Shown: in pieces, positions 1-9,283 of the stretch
Position numbering within the stretch: the first letter of the stretch is position 1
Layout of the letters: each line of letters starts with the position of its first letter
Assembly: GCA_963785305.1 (NCBI GenBank)
Contig: CAWAUV010000008.1
Span: forward strand, 864,001-928,000
DNA length: 64,000 nt
Direction of reading: 5' to 3'
From: an uncultured Planctomycetaceae bacterium
Lineage (GTDB): Bacteria > Planctomycetota > Planctomycetia > Pirellulales > PALSA-1355
The notes under the pieces: model-generated
Databases searched by the model: none
What the model was told of the DNA's origin: nothing
What the model saw: only the letters and a program-made list of their open reading frames with translations
Position numbers and translations under genes: made by a program

Positions 1-952
1 GCTCGATATCCAGACGATCGAGCTCGGGCAAGTGATCGACGCGGCGATCGAAGTCGTGCAGCCGGCGATCGCCGCGAAGCATATCCGATTCGAGAGAATG
101 GTCGATCCCGAGCTCGGCGCCGTCAGCGGCGACGCCAGCCGGCTGCAACAGGTGCTTTGGAATCTATTGACCAACGCCGCGAAATTCACTCCCGAGGGCG
201 GGCTGATCCGGCTCGTCGCCCAGCGCCGCCAGGGCCGCGCCGAAGTGGCGGTGTCCGATTCGGGCATTGGCATCGATCCCGATTTCTTGCCGCACATGTT
301 CGAGCGTTTTCGGCAAGCCGACGCGTCGACCACCCGGCAACATGGTGGTCTGGGGCTCGGTCTTTCGATCGTCAAGAGCCTCGTCGAGCTGCATGGCGGC
401 ACGATCGAAGCCGCGAGCGCGGGCCTCAATCAAGGCGCCACGTTTCGCATTCGCTTTCCGGTGCATCGCGCCGCGCTCGCCGAACAAGAATCCGCGCTGC
501 CCCGGGCCGCGAACCCGGAGCCGCGAGTGCCGCGAGAGCTACCTCGACTCGATGGCGTGAAGGTGCTGATTATCGACGACGAGGCGGATGCGCGCGAGGT
601 GGTCAAGCGCTTTCTGATCGACTGCCACGCGATTCCGGCCGTGGCGGCTTCGGCCGCCGAGGCCGAGAGTCTCGTCGAGTCGTTCGCTCCCGATGTGATC
701 TTGAGCGATATCGGCATGCCGGGCCAAGACGGCTATGAATTCATTCGCAACGTCCGCCGCCGCGGTCTGCAAACTCCGGCGATCGCGCTCACGGCCTTCG
801 CCCGCTCCGACGATCGCCTGCGGTCGTTCGAGGCCGGCTATCAAGCTCACCTGGCAAAGCCGGTCGAGCCCGCCCAGCTTCTCGCGACCGTGGCCCAATT
901 GCACGCCGATCGCGCGCCACGCGATTCCCAGGCCACGGGCGGTCGTTCCTAG
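1..952 (+). CDS. Hybrid sensor histidine kinase, C-terminal part (HATPase + receiver), 5'-truncated by the window edge
   Basis: N box QVLWNLLTNAAKFT, G boxes DSGIG and GGLGLGL, receiver motifs IIDD / SDIGMP / KPV. Confidence 0.93.
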   Translation, partial: LDIQTIELGQVIDAAIEVVQPAIAAKHIRFERMVDPELGAVSGDASRLQQVLWNLLTNAAKFTPEGGLIRLVAQRRQGRAEVAVSDSGIGIDPDFLPHMFERFRQADASTTRQHGGLGLGLSIVKSLVELHGGTIEAASAGLNQGATFRIRFPVHRAALAEQESALPRAANPEPRVPRELPRLDGVKVLIIDDEADAREVVKRFLIDCHAIPAVAASAAEAESLVESFAPDVILSDIGMPGQDGYEFIRNVRRRGLQTPAIALTAFARSDDRLRSFEAGYQAHLAKPVEPAQLLATVAQLHADRAPRDSQATGGRS

Positions 953-980
953 CAATTAAATTTCATGTGCGACCAAGCCA

Positions 981-1074
981 CCGTCGGGGCACGTCTAGCC
1001 TCGTCTGCGGCTTCCGCTGGTCGCCCTCAGCAAGCTACCGCTGCCCGCGGACGAGGCTAAACGTGCCCCGACGG
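981..1074. repeat. 30-bp inverted repeat pair (REP-like hairpin)
   Basis: CCGTCGGGGCACGTCTAGCCTCGTCTGCGG (981-1010) vs CCGCGGACGAGGCTAAACGTGCCCCGACGG (1045-1074), 2 mismatches. Confidence 0.8.
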
Positions 1075-1265
1075 GCTGTTAATAGCATGCAAGTTGCTTT
1101 GTCGAAATGACTTACGGATCGCATTGCCAGGCAGGTCCGTATCGGAGTCAGTTGCCGCCTGAATCGGTGCATATCAATGAATTGGCGCCGGCCGCGGGAA
1201 GCGAACAGATGGGACAGGTCCTGCCGCCCACCCTCGGAGCCCCGCCGCTCGGATAGAATGCGTGG

Positions 1266-1757
1266 ATGCACGCGCCACATGATTCCACCGCCGGCGCCCG
1301 CGCCGCCGCGCAATTTCGCCCGTTGTCTCCACATGAGCGCTGGCGCGCTGGAATTCCCTTGATGATGATGGGCGCGCTTGGCGGCTCAACTGCGTGCGTT
1401 GTGCTCATTGGCGGAGCGCAGCGATTTGCCGGGAAGCCGTTTGACTCGTTGCCTTATGGCGCGAGATTTTTCGCCAACATCCTCTTGGCGTTGACTATGC
1501 TTGTCGGAATGTGGCTCGGGAATCGGGCGTTCCAACGCTTATCGAACGAACGACAAGTTCGGATATTTCGATTGGAAATTGCCCTGTTCGCTGGGACCGC
1601 CGGGCCGCTTTTCTTGATTGTTCCAGCGACTATCCTCGTCGGCGAGCACCAGGCGCCGATCGTTTTTTTCGCCGGGCTATTCCTCTTATCGCCGCCGATG
1701 TCGTACCTTGCTTGGCGATTTACCCGCGAGCGATTCGCGATCAAGCCGCCAGCCTGA
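1266..1757 (+). CDS. Hypothetical membrane protein (~4 TM)
   Basis: 163-aa ORF with four hydrophobic stretches; start uncertain. Confidence 0.55.
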   Translation: MHAPHDSTAGARAAAQFRPLSPHERWRAGIPLMMMGALGGSTACVVLIGGAQRFAGKPFDSLPYGARFFANILLALTMLVGMWLGNRAFQRLSNERQVRIFRLEIALFAGTAGPLFLIVPATILVGEHQAPIVFFAGLFLLSPPMSYLAWRFTRERFAIKPPA

Positions 1758-1995
1758 ATCCGGCCCGCGCACGGATTTCAGGTCGCCACCGAACATTACC
1801 GCCCGGCGGCGATCGCGTTTGCCATTTGGGCCGGTTCTCTTAAAATGACGGGTTTGGCCAACCTGGGGCGATCTCGCGCCGAGCGGTCCCATGTGAACTA
1901 CAATTTCACGGACGGAGCGTTTCAGTCGCACCAACGCGCCCCGCCGCTTGAAAAAAATCGCCCCACGGTCCTCGATTTACAAGGATTCGCGCCGC

Positions 1996-3161
1996 ATGAA
2001 TATTTCGCATTCGCAAGATGGTCCCCAGCCCGCCGGCCCCACGCCGGTCGTTCTTTCCGGCGACCGGCCGGTTCGCATTATCTTGGAGCAGGGCCCGGCC
2101 CGCGGGCTCGCCCGATTTGGCCGCTGGTTCCTGGGCCTCGTGTTGGGACTGTCGCTGCTCATGAACTTCGAGACGATCGCCAAGCAGCAATCGCTCGATG
2201 GCGACGAGGAGGTCCGCGAAAAGTATCACTCGCTCGACAAAGACGCCGAGGACAAAGTCGCGATCATCGAGATCGAAGGCACGATCATGCACGGCGACGG
2301 CTTCATCAAGAAGCAAATCGATCGGGCTCGCAAGGATAAGAAGGTGAAGGCGATCGTGCTTCGCGTCGACTCGCCCGGAGGCACCGTGACCGGCAGCGAT
2401 TATATCTACCATCACCTCAAGGAGATGCTCGCCGAGCGCAAGATTCCCATGGTGGTGAGCATGGGCGGCATCGCGGCCAGCGGCGGCTACTATGTGTCGA
2501 TGGCCGCCGGCGACAAGGAGCATTCGATCTTCGCCGAGCCCACGACCTGGACCGGTTCGATCGGCGTGATCATTCCGCATTACGATGTCTCGAAGCTGCT
2601 CGAAAAATGGGACATCGCCGACGACTCGATTTCAAGCCATCCGCTCAAGCAAATGGGTAGCATCACGCATCAAGTGAGCAAGGAAGAACTGGAAAAGGAA
2701 CGCGAGATTCTCAAGGGGCTCGTCGACGATAGCTTCGCCCGCTTCAAGGAGATCGTGCTGGCCAGCCGACCGGCGCCTGCGGCAATCCCGAGTGGCAAGG
2801 CGAGGTGTTCACCGGCCGCATCTTCGCGGCCGATCAGGCCAAGGAACATGGACTCGTCGACGACCTGGGTTATATCGAAGACGCGATCGATCAGGCCGTC
2901 ACGCAAGCCGGGCTGAACAAATCGAAGACCCGAGCGGTGAAGTATGTCAAGAACGGAGGCATCTTCGACCAACTGATGCTCGGCTCCGAAAGCAAGTCGG
3001 CGCTCGGCGCCGCCGCGCTCGGTCAACAGGCCGCCGCCGGGCACGACGCTCGGCAAGTGGCGGCGGTCGGCGAGCTCGCGGCGATTCTCAATATTGCCAC
3101 GCCGCGGCCGTTTTATATCTGCTCGTGGTTGCCGGGAATCGGAGCGCTTCCGGGTTTCTGA
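1996..3161 (+). CDS. sppA: Signal peptide peptidase SppA (S49), frameshift near 2780
   Basis: KAIVLRVDSPGG, AASGGYYVS, TGSIGV; continues in another frame as FTGRIFAADQAKEHGLVD. Confidence 0.9.
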
Positions 3162-3231
3162 TCACCCCCGCGACGTTGCTTGGCGAGGCTGCCGCGGCGG
3201 CGCGGTAAAACTCGCTCCCCGATAGTATTTG

Positions 3232-3267
3232 CCCCCTCACTCCCCCTCCCCAGTAAAGGGCGATGGG
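3232..3267. repeat. Degenerate CCCTCAC..CTCCC-N-GGG REP-like element
   Basis: CCCCCTCACTCCCCCTCCCCAGTAAAGGGCGATGGG; related inverted copy at 5363-5400, weaker one near 38294-38330. Confidence 0.4.
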
Positions 3268-3527
3268 CGCCGCGCTCATGTTGCGCGGATTGAGAAAGCC
3301 ATCGCTGGAATGCCCAGGCTATCCCAGTCAACCCGTCTCTCCAGGGAACCGCATGTAGCGCGAAGGTGCGAAGTCCGCAGGGAATGGGTACCTGGGAGAA
3401 AGCCTGCCGAATGTTACGATTTCTCTGCAATTAGGGGTGGAAACGGTCGAATCGTAAGAAAGGCTTGAAACGGTTTTCCGCTCTGTGCCGTTTCCGCCAA
3501 GTCTTCGGTATCGATTGCAAAGGGGGG

Positions 3528-5329
3528 ATGGTCGTGAGATTCGCACGAATAATGGGAGTCGTCGCCATCGGTCTGGGGCCGTTGGCTGCCGCGGCAGGTG
3601 AATTGCGAACAGTCGCCGCGGTTCCGCAATCGCAACAGCTCGCCCCGGCCACGACGATCCTGACCGGAGCAGCTCCGCCCTCGGCAGTGCTTGCCTCGAC
3701 AGGCAAGGTGGCAAGCGCTACCGCGCCGATTGCTACAGCGCCGATCGCCGCCGCGCCGGCGAGCCTCACCCCGCCCGACGATGTGCAGGGAACCTTCATC
3801 ACCGACGCGCCCTCGGCCTCGCCCGGTGTTAACGCGACGCCAGCCGTCGCCCAGGCCCCGGCGCCACCGGCGCGTCCGACCTATCAGGCGCCGCTGGCGA
3901 TTGGCGCCATGCCGCCCGCCGCCGCCGGGGCGTATCCCAATGGTGGATACCCGATCGGTCCGGTCGACATGGGGTCCGCCCCCCCGGGCGGGCAGCCTTA
4001 TTCGTATTCCGCCGCGGCCGCGCAGCCCAATGCCCAAGGACCGATTTACGATCCTTCGCAAAACGAAAATGGCCAAGCTACCGCGGCCGACAACGGCGGC
4101 GCGCTCGACGGCGTCGATCCGAATCAGCGCGGCTTCGACGAAGGTCCTTATCCGAAGCTCGGGCGTCTCTGGAACATGTTCGGCGCCGGCGGCGGCCTCC
4201 AGGCCGACACCATGTTCGGGCAGCGATTCTTCGTGCGGGCCGAAGCCCTCAGCCTATGGACCCGCGGCAACCCGGTTCCGCGCTCTTGACCACGAGTCCG
4301 GCCGGCACGGCGCAAACCTCGGCCGGCGTGCTGGGGCAGCCGGGCACATTGACCTTGTTTGGCAATCAGACCCTCGACAACGGGGCCCGAGGCGCGGGCC
4401 GGCTGACACTCGGCTGGTGGTTCGACGACATGAAGCTTCGCGGCGTGGAGGGCCATTACTTGGCCTTTGGCCAGGGCGGCACGAACTATTCCAACGCGTC
4501 GTATTTCACGTCGGACCCCTCGGCCGCGATTCTGGCTCGGCCGTTCTATAATGTCGATCCGTCGCTGGCCCATGGCCGGCAAGACAGCTTGGTGCTGGCG
4601 TATCCGAATTTCGATCTCTTGGGCACGCCGGTCACCCTCAACGGCACATTCAATGTACACACGACGAGCTATTTGCAATCGGCCGGCGCTCTTTATCGCC
4701 GCATGTTGTGGATGAACTACTCGGAGGGATACCGCATCGATCTGGTCGGCGGCTATCGCTTCTTCCGCGTCGACGATAGCGTGAGCATCAGCGACTCGAC
4801 CAACACCAGCGGCGGCCTCTTGGCGCCGACCACGTTCACGGCCTTCGATCAATTCTCGGCTCGCAACCAGTTTCAGGGCGGCGAATTCGGCCTGAGCGGG
4901 CAATACTATTGGGGCCGGCTCTCGCTCGATGGACTCGCCAAACTCGCGCTCGGCAATGTGCATGAAACGGTGAACATCAACGGAAACAGCACCGTGAGCA
5001 CGCTAGGCTCCACCGTCACCACGGCCGGCGGCTTGCTCACTCAACCGTCGAACATCGGCTTCTATTCCCGCAACCGATTCGGTGTGCTGCCCGAGGCGCA
5101 GGTCAATCTTCGCTACGATCTCAATCCGCATGTGCGGCTGCTGTTCGGTTATACGTTCATGTACCTGAACCGTGCCCAGCACTCGGGCACTGCGATCGAC
5201 AACGCGGTGAACCCGACCCAAATCTCCGGCGGCACGCTCACCGGCGCCGCGCGGCCGGCCTTTACCTGGAACGACAGCCAGGGCTACTACGCCCAAGGCA
5301 TTTCAACAGGCGTCGAATACCGCTGGTAA
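3528..5329 (+). CDS. Planctomycete outer-membrane beta-barrel (BBP7-like), frameshift near 4280
   Basis: Signal peptide, Pro/Ala-rich N-region, LARPFYN, NQFQGGEFG, LLFGYTFMY, C-terminal GVEYRW. Confidence 0.8.
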
Positions 5330-5362
5330 TCGGCTCGCGAGCGCCCTTGGCCGCGCGGGAAA

Positions 5363-5400
5363 CCGCTCTCCCCTTGCCTTGGGAGACGGTAGGGTGAGGG
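5363..5400. repeat. REP-like element (inverted relative of 3232-3267)
   Basis: CCGCTCTCCCCTTGCCTTGGGAGACGGTAGGGTGAGGG just after the barrel gene. Confidence 0.45.
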
Positions 5401-6199
5401 AACATGCCCGCGGTAAACGAAACAGCCCGTTAGTTTGGGCCGGTTCGTTGTTTCAGCCGCCCGAAGCGTCTCGTGAAAACGGCGCGGTCTCGATCTTGGG
5501 CGCGCTCCGAGGAAGACGATCGGCAGCGCGCGAAAATGCGCCGCCAGCTTCCACGCATGGGTCGCGCTGATCGACCAAAGTTCCGCGAGCGCATTGCTCT
5601 CCCAAGGGAACCCTCGCGCACCGGGCGTTGGGCGCGGCGTGAGACGGGAGCGGCATCGACGCCAAATGGAACCCTTGCCGACTTTCTCTCCGGCGGGAGC
5701 ATGCGCTGGCCGCAGTTGTGGCTCCCGGGATCGCTGGCGCAAAAAAGCGGGAGAATCGGTCGGCCTTTCAAGCAAAAATCGCGGAATCGTTTTTTGCCTC
5801 GCCTTGACGAACCACTTCAGCCGAAGTAGATTTATAGGTGACAATAATGATCGTCATAGTGATCTTTAGTCGCTGGGACTGAGATCGCACCCTAAATGCG
5901 GCGCCTACCGGGACCAACGGAGGCCCGAAAATTCGCCCTGTTTATGAGTTTTGCCATGTTGCCATTCGCGGATGTTTCTAAGTTGTTTCGCGGACTTTTC
6001 CGTGCGGCGGTTACCTCGGTCCATGGAAACTGGGCAGTTCGCACGTTTTTATTTGGCGGAATCCGCTCTCGCTGTACCGGCAGTGTAGTACCCCGCTCCG
6101 AGCCCTCGCCTCCGGGCGCATGAAGCGGTTCGGAATGGGACGAAACGGCAACGGTGTCCACGGTTTTACGAATCCATCAATTCAGCGAGAAAACGAGCA

Positions 6200-6529
6200 A
6201 TGGAACGATTTCAACCTCATGACGATTTGTTCGCCGATCGGCGTTTAGAGCGGCGGATTGTGGTTTTCCTGGTAAACCAGGGCCGTGCTGATCTATGCAC
6301 GCTTCGCATTCGGGCTCGCGGTGGGGTCGTTCGCTTGCGCGGGCAAGTGGCGACGACCGCGGACCGGAATTACGTCGTGCAATGCGCTCGGCGGGTTGCC
6401 GGTGTCATCGATGTGGAAGACGACATCGAAGTGTCGCTTCTCCCGACGCGGTCCGCATGGGCCGCTACCCAGATTGGATTGCCGCGGCACTCGGCGCCGA
6501 TGCAACCATTGGTGGCGCGCACCGCCTAA
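6200..6529 (+). CDS. BON domain protein
   Basis: D..LERRI, GVVRLRGQV, ARRVAGVIDVEDDIEV. Confidence 0.85.
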   Translation: MERFQPHDDLFADRRLERRIVVFLVNQGRADLCTLRIRARGGVVRLRGQVATTADRNYVVQCARRVAGVIDVEDDIEVSLLPTRSAWAATQIGLPRHSAPMQPLVARTA

Positions 6530-6555
6530 TCACGGCTCGGGAATCGAACTGTCGG

Positions 6556-6589
6556 GACCTTCGGGACGAACAAGATCGTCCCGAAGGTC
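6556..6589. terminator. Strong hairpin between convergent genes
   Basis: GACCTTCGGGACGA-ACAAGA-TCGTCCCGAAGGTC, 14-bp perfect stem, no U-tract. Confidence 0.5.
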
Positions 6590-6590
6590 T

Positions 6591-6627
6591 CCGAGCAGCC
6601 TGTTGAAATACTCGACAGGCTGCTCGG
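6591..6627. repeat. AGCAGCCTGTT-type short palindrome, copy 1
   Basis: CCGAGCAGCCTGT-TGAAATACTCG-ACAGGCTGCTCGG; relatives at 21248 and 23343. Confidence 0.7.
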
Positions 6628-6749
6628 AATGGACCAAGAATAACTTCTCGATGAACCTCGCTTCCCTTGGGAAAAAAGGGGTTGGGGCGGCGCAAACGAA
6701 GCAGGAAGTTGTTTTTCGTCCGTGCGGCTCGCTATCGGCCGGGCACGTG

Positions 6750-9047
6750 TCAGGCTGTCCAGTCGAAACTCGGGTCCGAGAGCGCGGCGTCGACCGACGC
6801 CGGACTCGAGAACACCGAGAGGCTGAGCGGCTTGACGGCGGCGGTCGATGAACTCGCCCCAGCCCCCGACCCCGCGCTCGGCGAGCCCACTGGGCCCGAC
6901 GAAGTGAGGTTCGCGGCGATCGTCGCGGCCGGAACACAGGTTGCGCCGCTCGACGACGCGCCGTTCGAGGCGGAGCTTCCCGCCGCGGCCGCGAAACTCG
7001 TCGCGGTTCCCGTGGTCGAAGTCGCGGCGGCCGGAGTGCTCGGTGAGACGGCGCCTTGCGAAGCCGAGCTTGTTTGGACCGATGGGCTCGACTGAGACTG
7101 GCTGCCGCTACTGGAGGTGTTCAGGTATCGGATAATGACGAGCGCGTCGTTGGGCGACACGGTGTTGTTGCCGCTCACGTCCAAGTATTCGCTGGTCGTG
7201 CTCGATCCGGTCGACAACGTCGCCAACGCGCCGGAATTCAAGTACTGAATCACGGCCAAGGCGTCGACCGGTCCCACGGCTCCGCCCTTGCCAACCACAT
7301 CCAGCGGGTTGGTCGGGTTGTGCCACGGCGTCGTCGCGCCGGTGGCGAGCAAACCGGCCAGCGTGGTCGTGCCGGCGGAGTCGGACACCGTGATTTCCGT
7401 GCCGGCGGTGATGCTGGTCGGAAAATTCGCGGGCAAGAGCGTTTGCGACGCGCTTTGCGGATGGCTTGAAAGCACGAGGCAACCGTTGCCGTTGGCGTCG
7501 GTCGTGAAGCTGCCGACCACGACGCTACCGATCGCCACGCTAAGCGTGTCGTTGGCCGCGGCGCCATGCACCTGCGCCACGAACATCGTGTTGGTCTGAT
7601 TGTTCTGCGCGGCCTGATTCAACTGCACGGCGCCGATTGCCGTGTCGCTCGTGTTGACCGTGTCGCTGAGCTGCGCGGTAAGCGTCGTGCCATTGGCGAC
7701 GGGCGTCGATCCGCTTGAGCCCGATCCAGTGGTCGGCGGCGGCGCGGCCTTGGCCAAGGCGCCTGAGAGCGTCGCGGCGCCGCTGGTGTCGGTCACGGAA
7801 ATCTCGGCGCCGGCGGCTAGGCTCGTGGGGAAGTTCGCCGGCAGGGCCGTTTGCGTGGCATTCGCCGGATTGCTCGAGAGGAACAAACAGCCGTTGCCCT
7901 TCGAGTCCGTGGTGATAGTTCCCACGACCGTTCCGGCGATCGAGACACTGAAGGTGTCGTCGGCCGTGGCGCCTTGAATCTGCACGACGAATGTCGTGAG
8001 AGTCGTCGTGCTGCTCGATGAACCCGCGGTCTTGCTCGGCACGGTAGTTTGATTGTACTGCACCAAGCCGATCGCCGTGCTGCTGGTGCTCGTGAGCTGG
8101 GCGGTGAGCATGGGGCCGGTGGGAACCGGCGGCGGGGGCGGGGCGGGCGGGGCCTTCGGCGACCCGAGCGAGCCGCCAAGCGTCGTGGAGCCGCTGGTGT
8201 CGGTGAGCGTGATCGAAGCGCCCGAGGCCACGGTCGTGGGGAAGTTGGCCGGCAGGGCCAATTGCGAGCCGGTCGGGCTGCTCGACACGACGAGCCCGCC
8301 GTTGCCGTTGGCGTCGGTGGTGAATGTGCCGATATCGACGCCGGCGAGTGTCACGGTGAAGGTATCATCGGGCGTGGCGCCATGCACCTGCACTCCGAAG
8401 GTCGTCATGGCCGTGCCATTGACCGTGCCTTGATTGTATTGAGCGCTGCCCGTGGCAGTGACGCTGGCGGTCGAGCCCGCGAGCTGCGCGGTCAGCACCG
8501 TGCCAGAGCCGCTCGAAACCGGTGGCGCTGGCGGCGGCGGGGCGGGCGGCGTGCCGGCGCCGACAGCGAGGGAGCCCGTGAGCGTGATCGCGCCGGTCGT
8601 GTCCGAAAGCGACACCGCGGTTCCGGCGGCGACCGTGGTTGGGAAATTGGCCGGCAATGCTGTTTGCGTGCCGGTGGGGCTGCTCGACAACACGAGGCCG
8701 CCATTGCCATTGTTGTCGGTGGTGAACTGGCCCACGTCGACGCCGCCGACGGTCACGGTGAAGGTGTCGTCGACCGAGGCGCCTTTCACTTGGACGCCAA
8801 AGGTCGTCGTCGCGACGCCATTGACCGTGCCTTGATTGAACTGCGCCCCGCCGGTGGCGGCGCCGCCCACGGCCGAGCTTGTGAGCGGAGTGGTGAGCGC
8901 GACGCCGGTGTTTTGGCCGGCGCCGGCCGCGGCGCTGGCGGCCACTGGCAGGGCGGCGAGCGCACCGCCGGACAATAGATCACGAGTTTCGAGAGATTCC
9001 ATTCGCGCGGATCGCGAAATCCGGTTCCGTAGTCGATTGTGTGCCAT
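6750..9047 (-). CDS. Secreted repeat protein: Planctomycete extracellular leader, four ~100-aa beta-rich repeats, dockerin-like domain
   Basis: RMESLETRDLLS leader; four TTD.NGNG.L.LSS.P...LPANFPT units; WHNPTNPLDV..DALAVIQYLN / YLDVSGNNTVSPNDALVIIRYLN. Confidence 0.85.
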   Translation of the reverse strand: MAHNRLRNRISRSARMESLETRDLLSGGALAALPVAASAAAGAGQNTGVALTTPLTSSAVGGAATGGAQFNQGTVNGVATTTFGVQVKGASVDDTFTVTVGGVDVGQFTTDNNGNGGLVLSSSPTGTQTALPANFPTTVAAGTAVSLSDTTGAITLTGSLAVGAGTPPAPPPPAPPVSSGSGTVLTAQLAGSTASVTATGSAQYNQGTVNGTAMTTFGVQVHGATPDDTFTVTLAGVDIGTFTTDANGNGGLVVSSSPTGSQLALPANFPTTVASGASITLTDTSGSTTLGGSLGSPKAPPAPPPPPVPTGPMLTAQLTSTSSTAIGLVQYNQTTVPSKTAGSSSSTTTLTTFVVQIQGATADDTFSVSIAGTVVGTITTDSKGNGCLFLSSNPANATQTALPANFPTSLAAGAEISVTDTSGAATLSGALAKAAPPPTTGSGSSGSTPVANGTTLTAQLSDTVNTSDTAIGAVQLNQAAQNNQTNTMFVAQVHGAAANDTLSVAIGSVVVGSFTTDANGNGCLVLSSHPQSASQTLLPANFPTSITAGTEITVSDSAGTTTLAGLLATGATTPWHNPTNPLDVVGKGGAVGPVDALAVIQYLNSGALATLSTGSSTTSEYLDVSGNNTVSPNDALVIIRYLNTSSSGSQSQSSPSVQTSSASQGAVSPSTPAAATSTTGTATSFAAAAGSSASNGASSSGATCVPAATIAANLTSSGPVGSPSAGSGAGASSSTAAVKPLSLSVFSSPASVDAALSDPSFDWTA

Positions 9048-9283
9048 AAGTGCCTGCTCTCTCTGAATTTGCGACGAGATGTGCGAAGGGGAGTTGGCCT
9101 TGCGGGGTTCCTGGGTCCCGAATGGCCGTCAGGATAAAAAACGGAGGGCGGCTGTTCCAAGGACCGGCAACGGCCTCGTTTGGAGGAAAAAAACCGATGT
9201 TTCGCCCTCGGGCTCGAATTCCCCCTGATTTTGCCTATCCTAGGCGATGAACCCTTGGCGGCCCCGGGAAAAAAGGAACTTGC

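Noticed and set aside
3340..3400. Cobalamin riboswitch-like AGGGAA..GGTGCGAAGTCC
   Set aside because: The downstream conserved elements (GCCCCCGC.ACTGT, B12 box) are missing.
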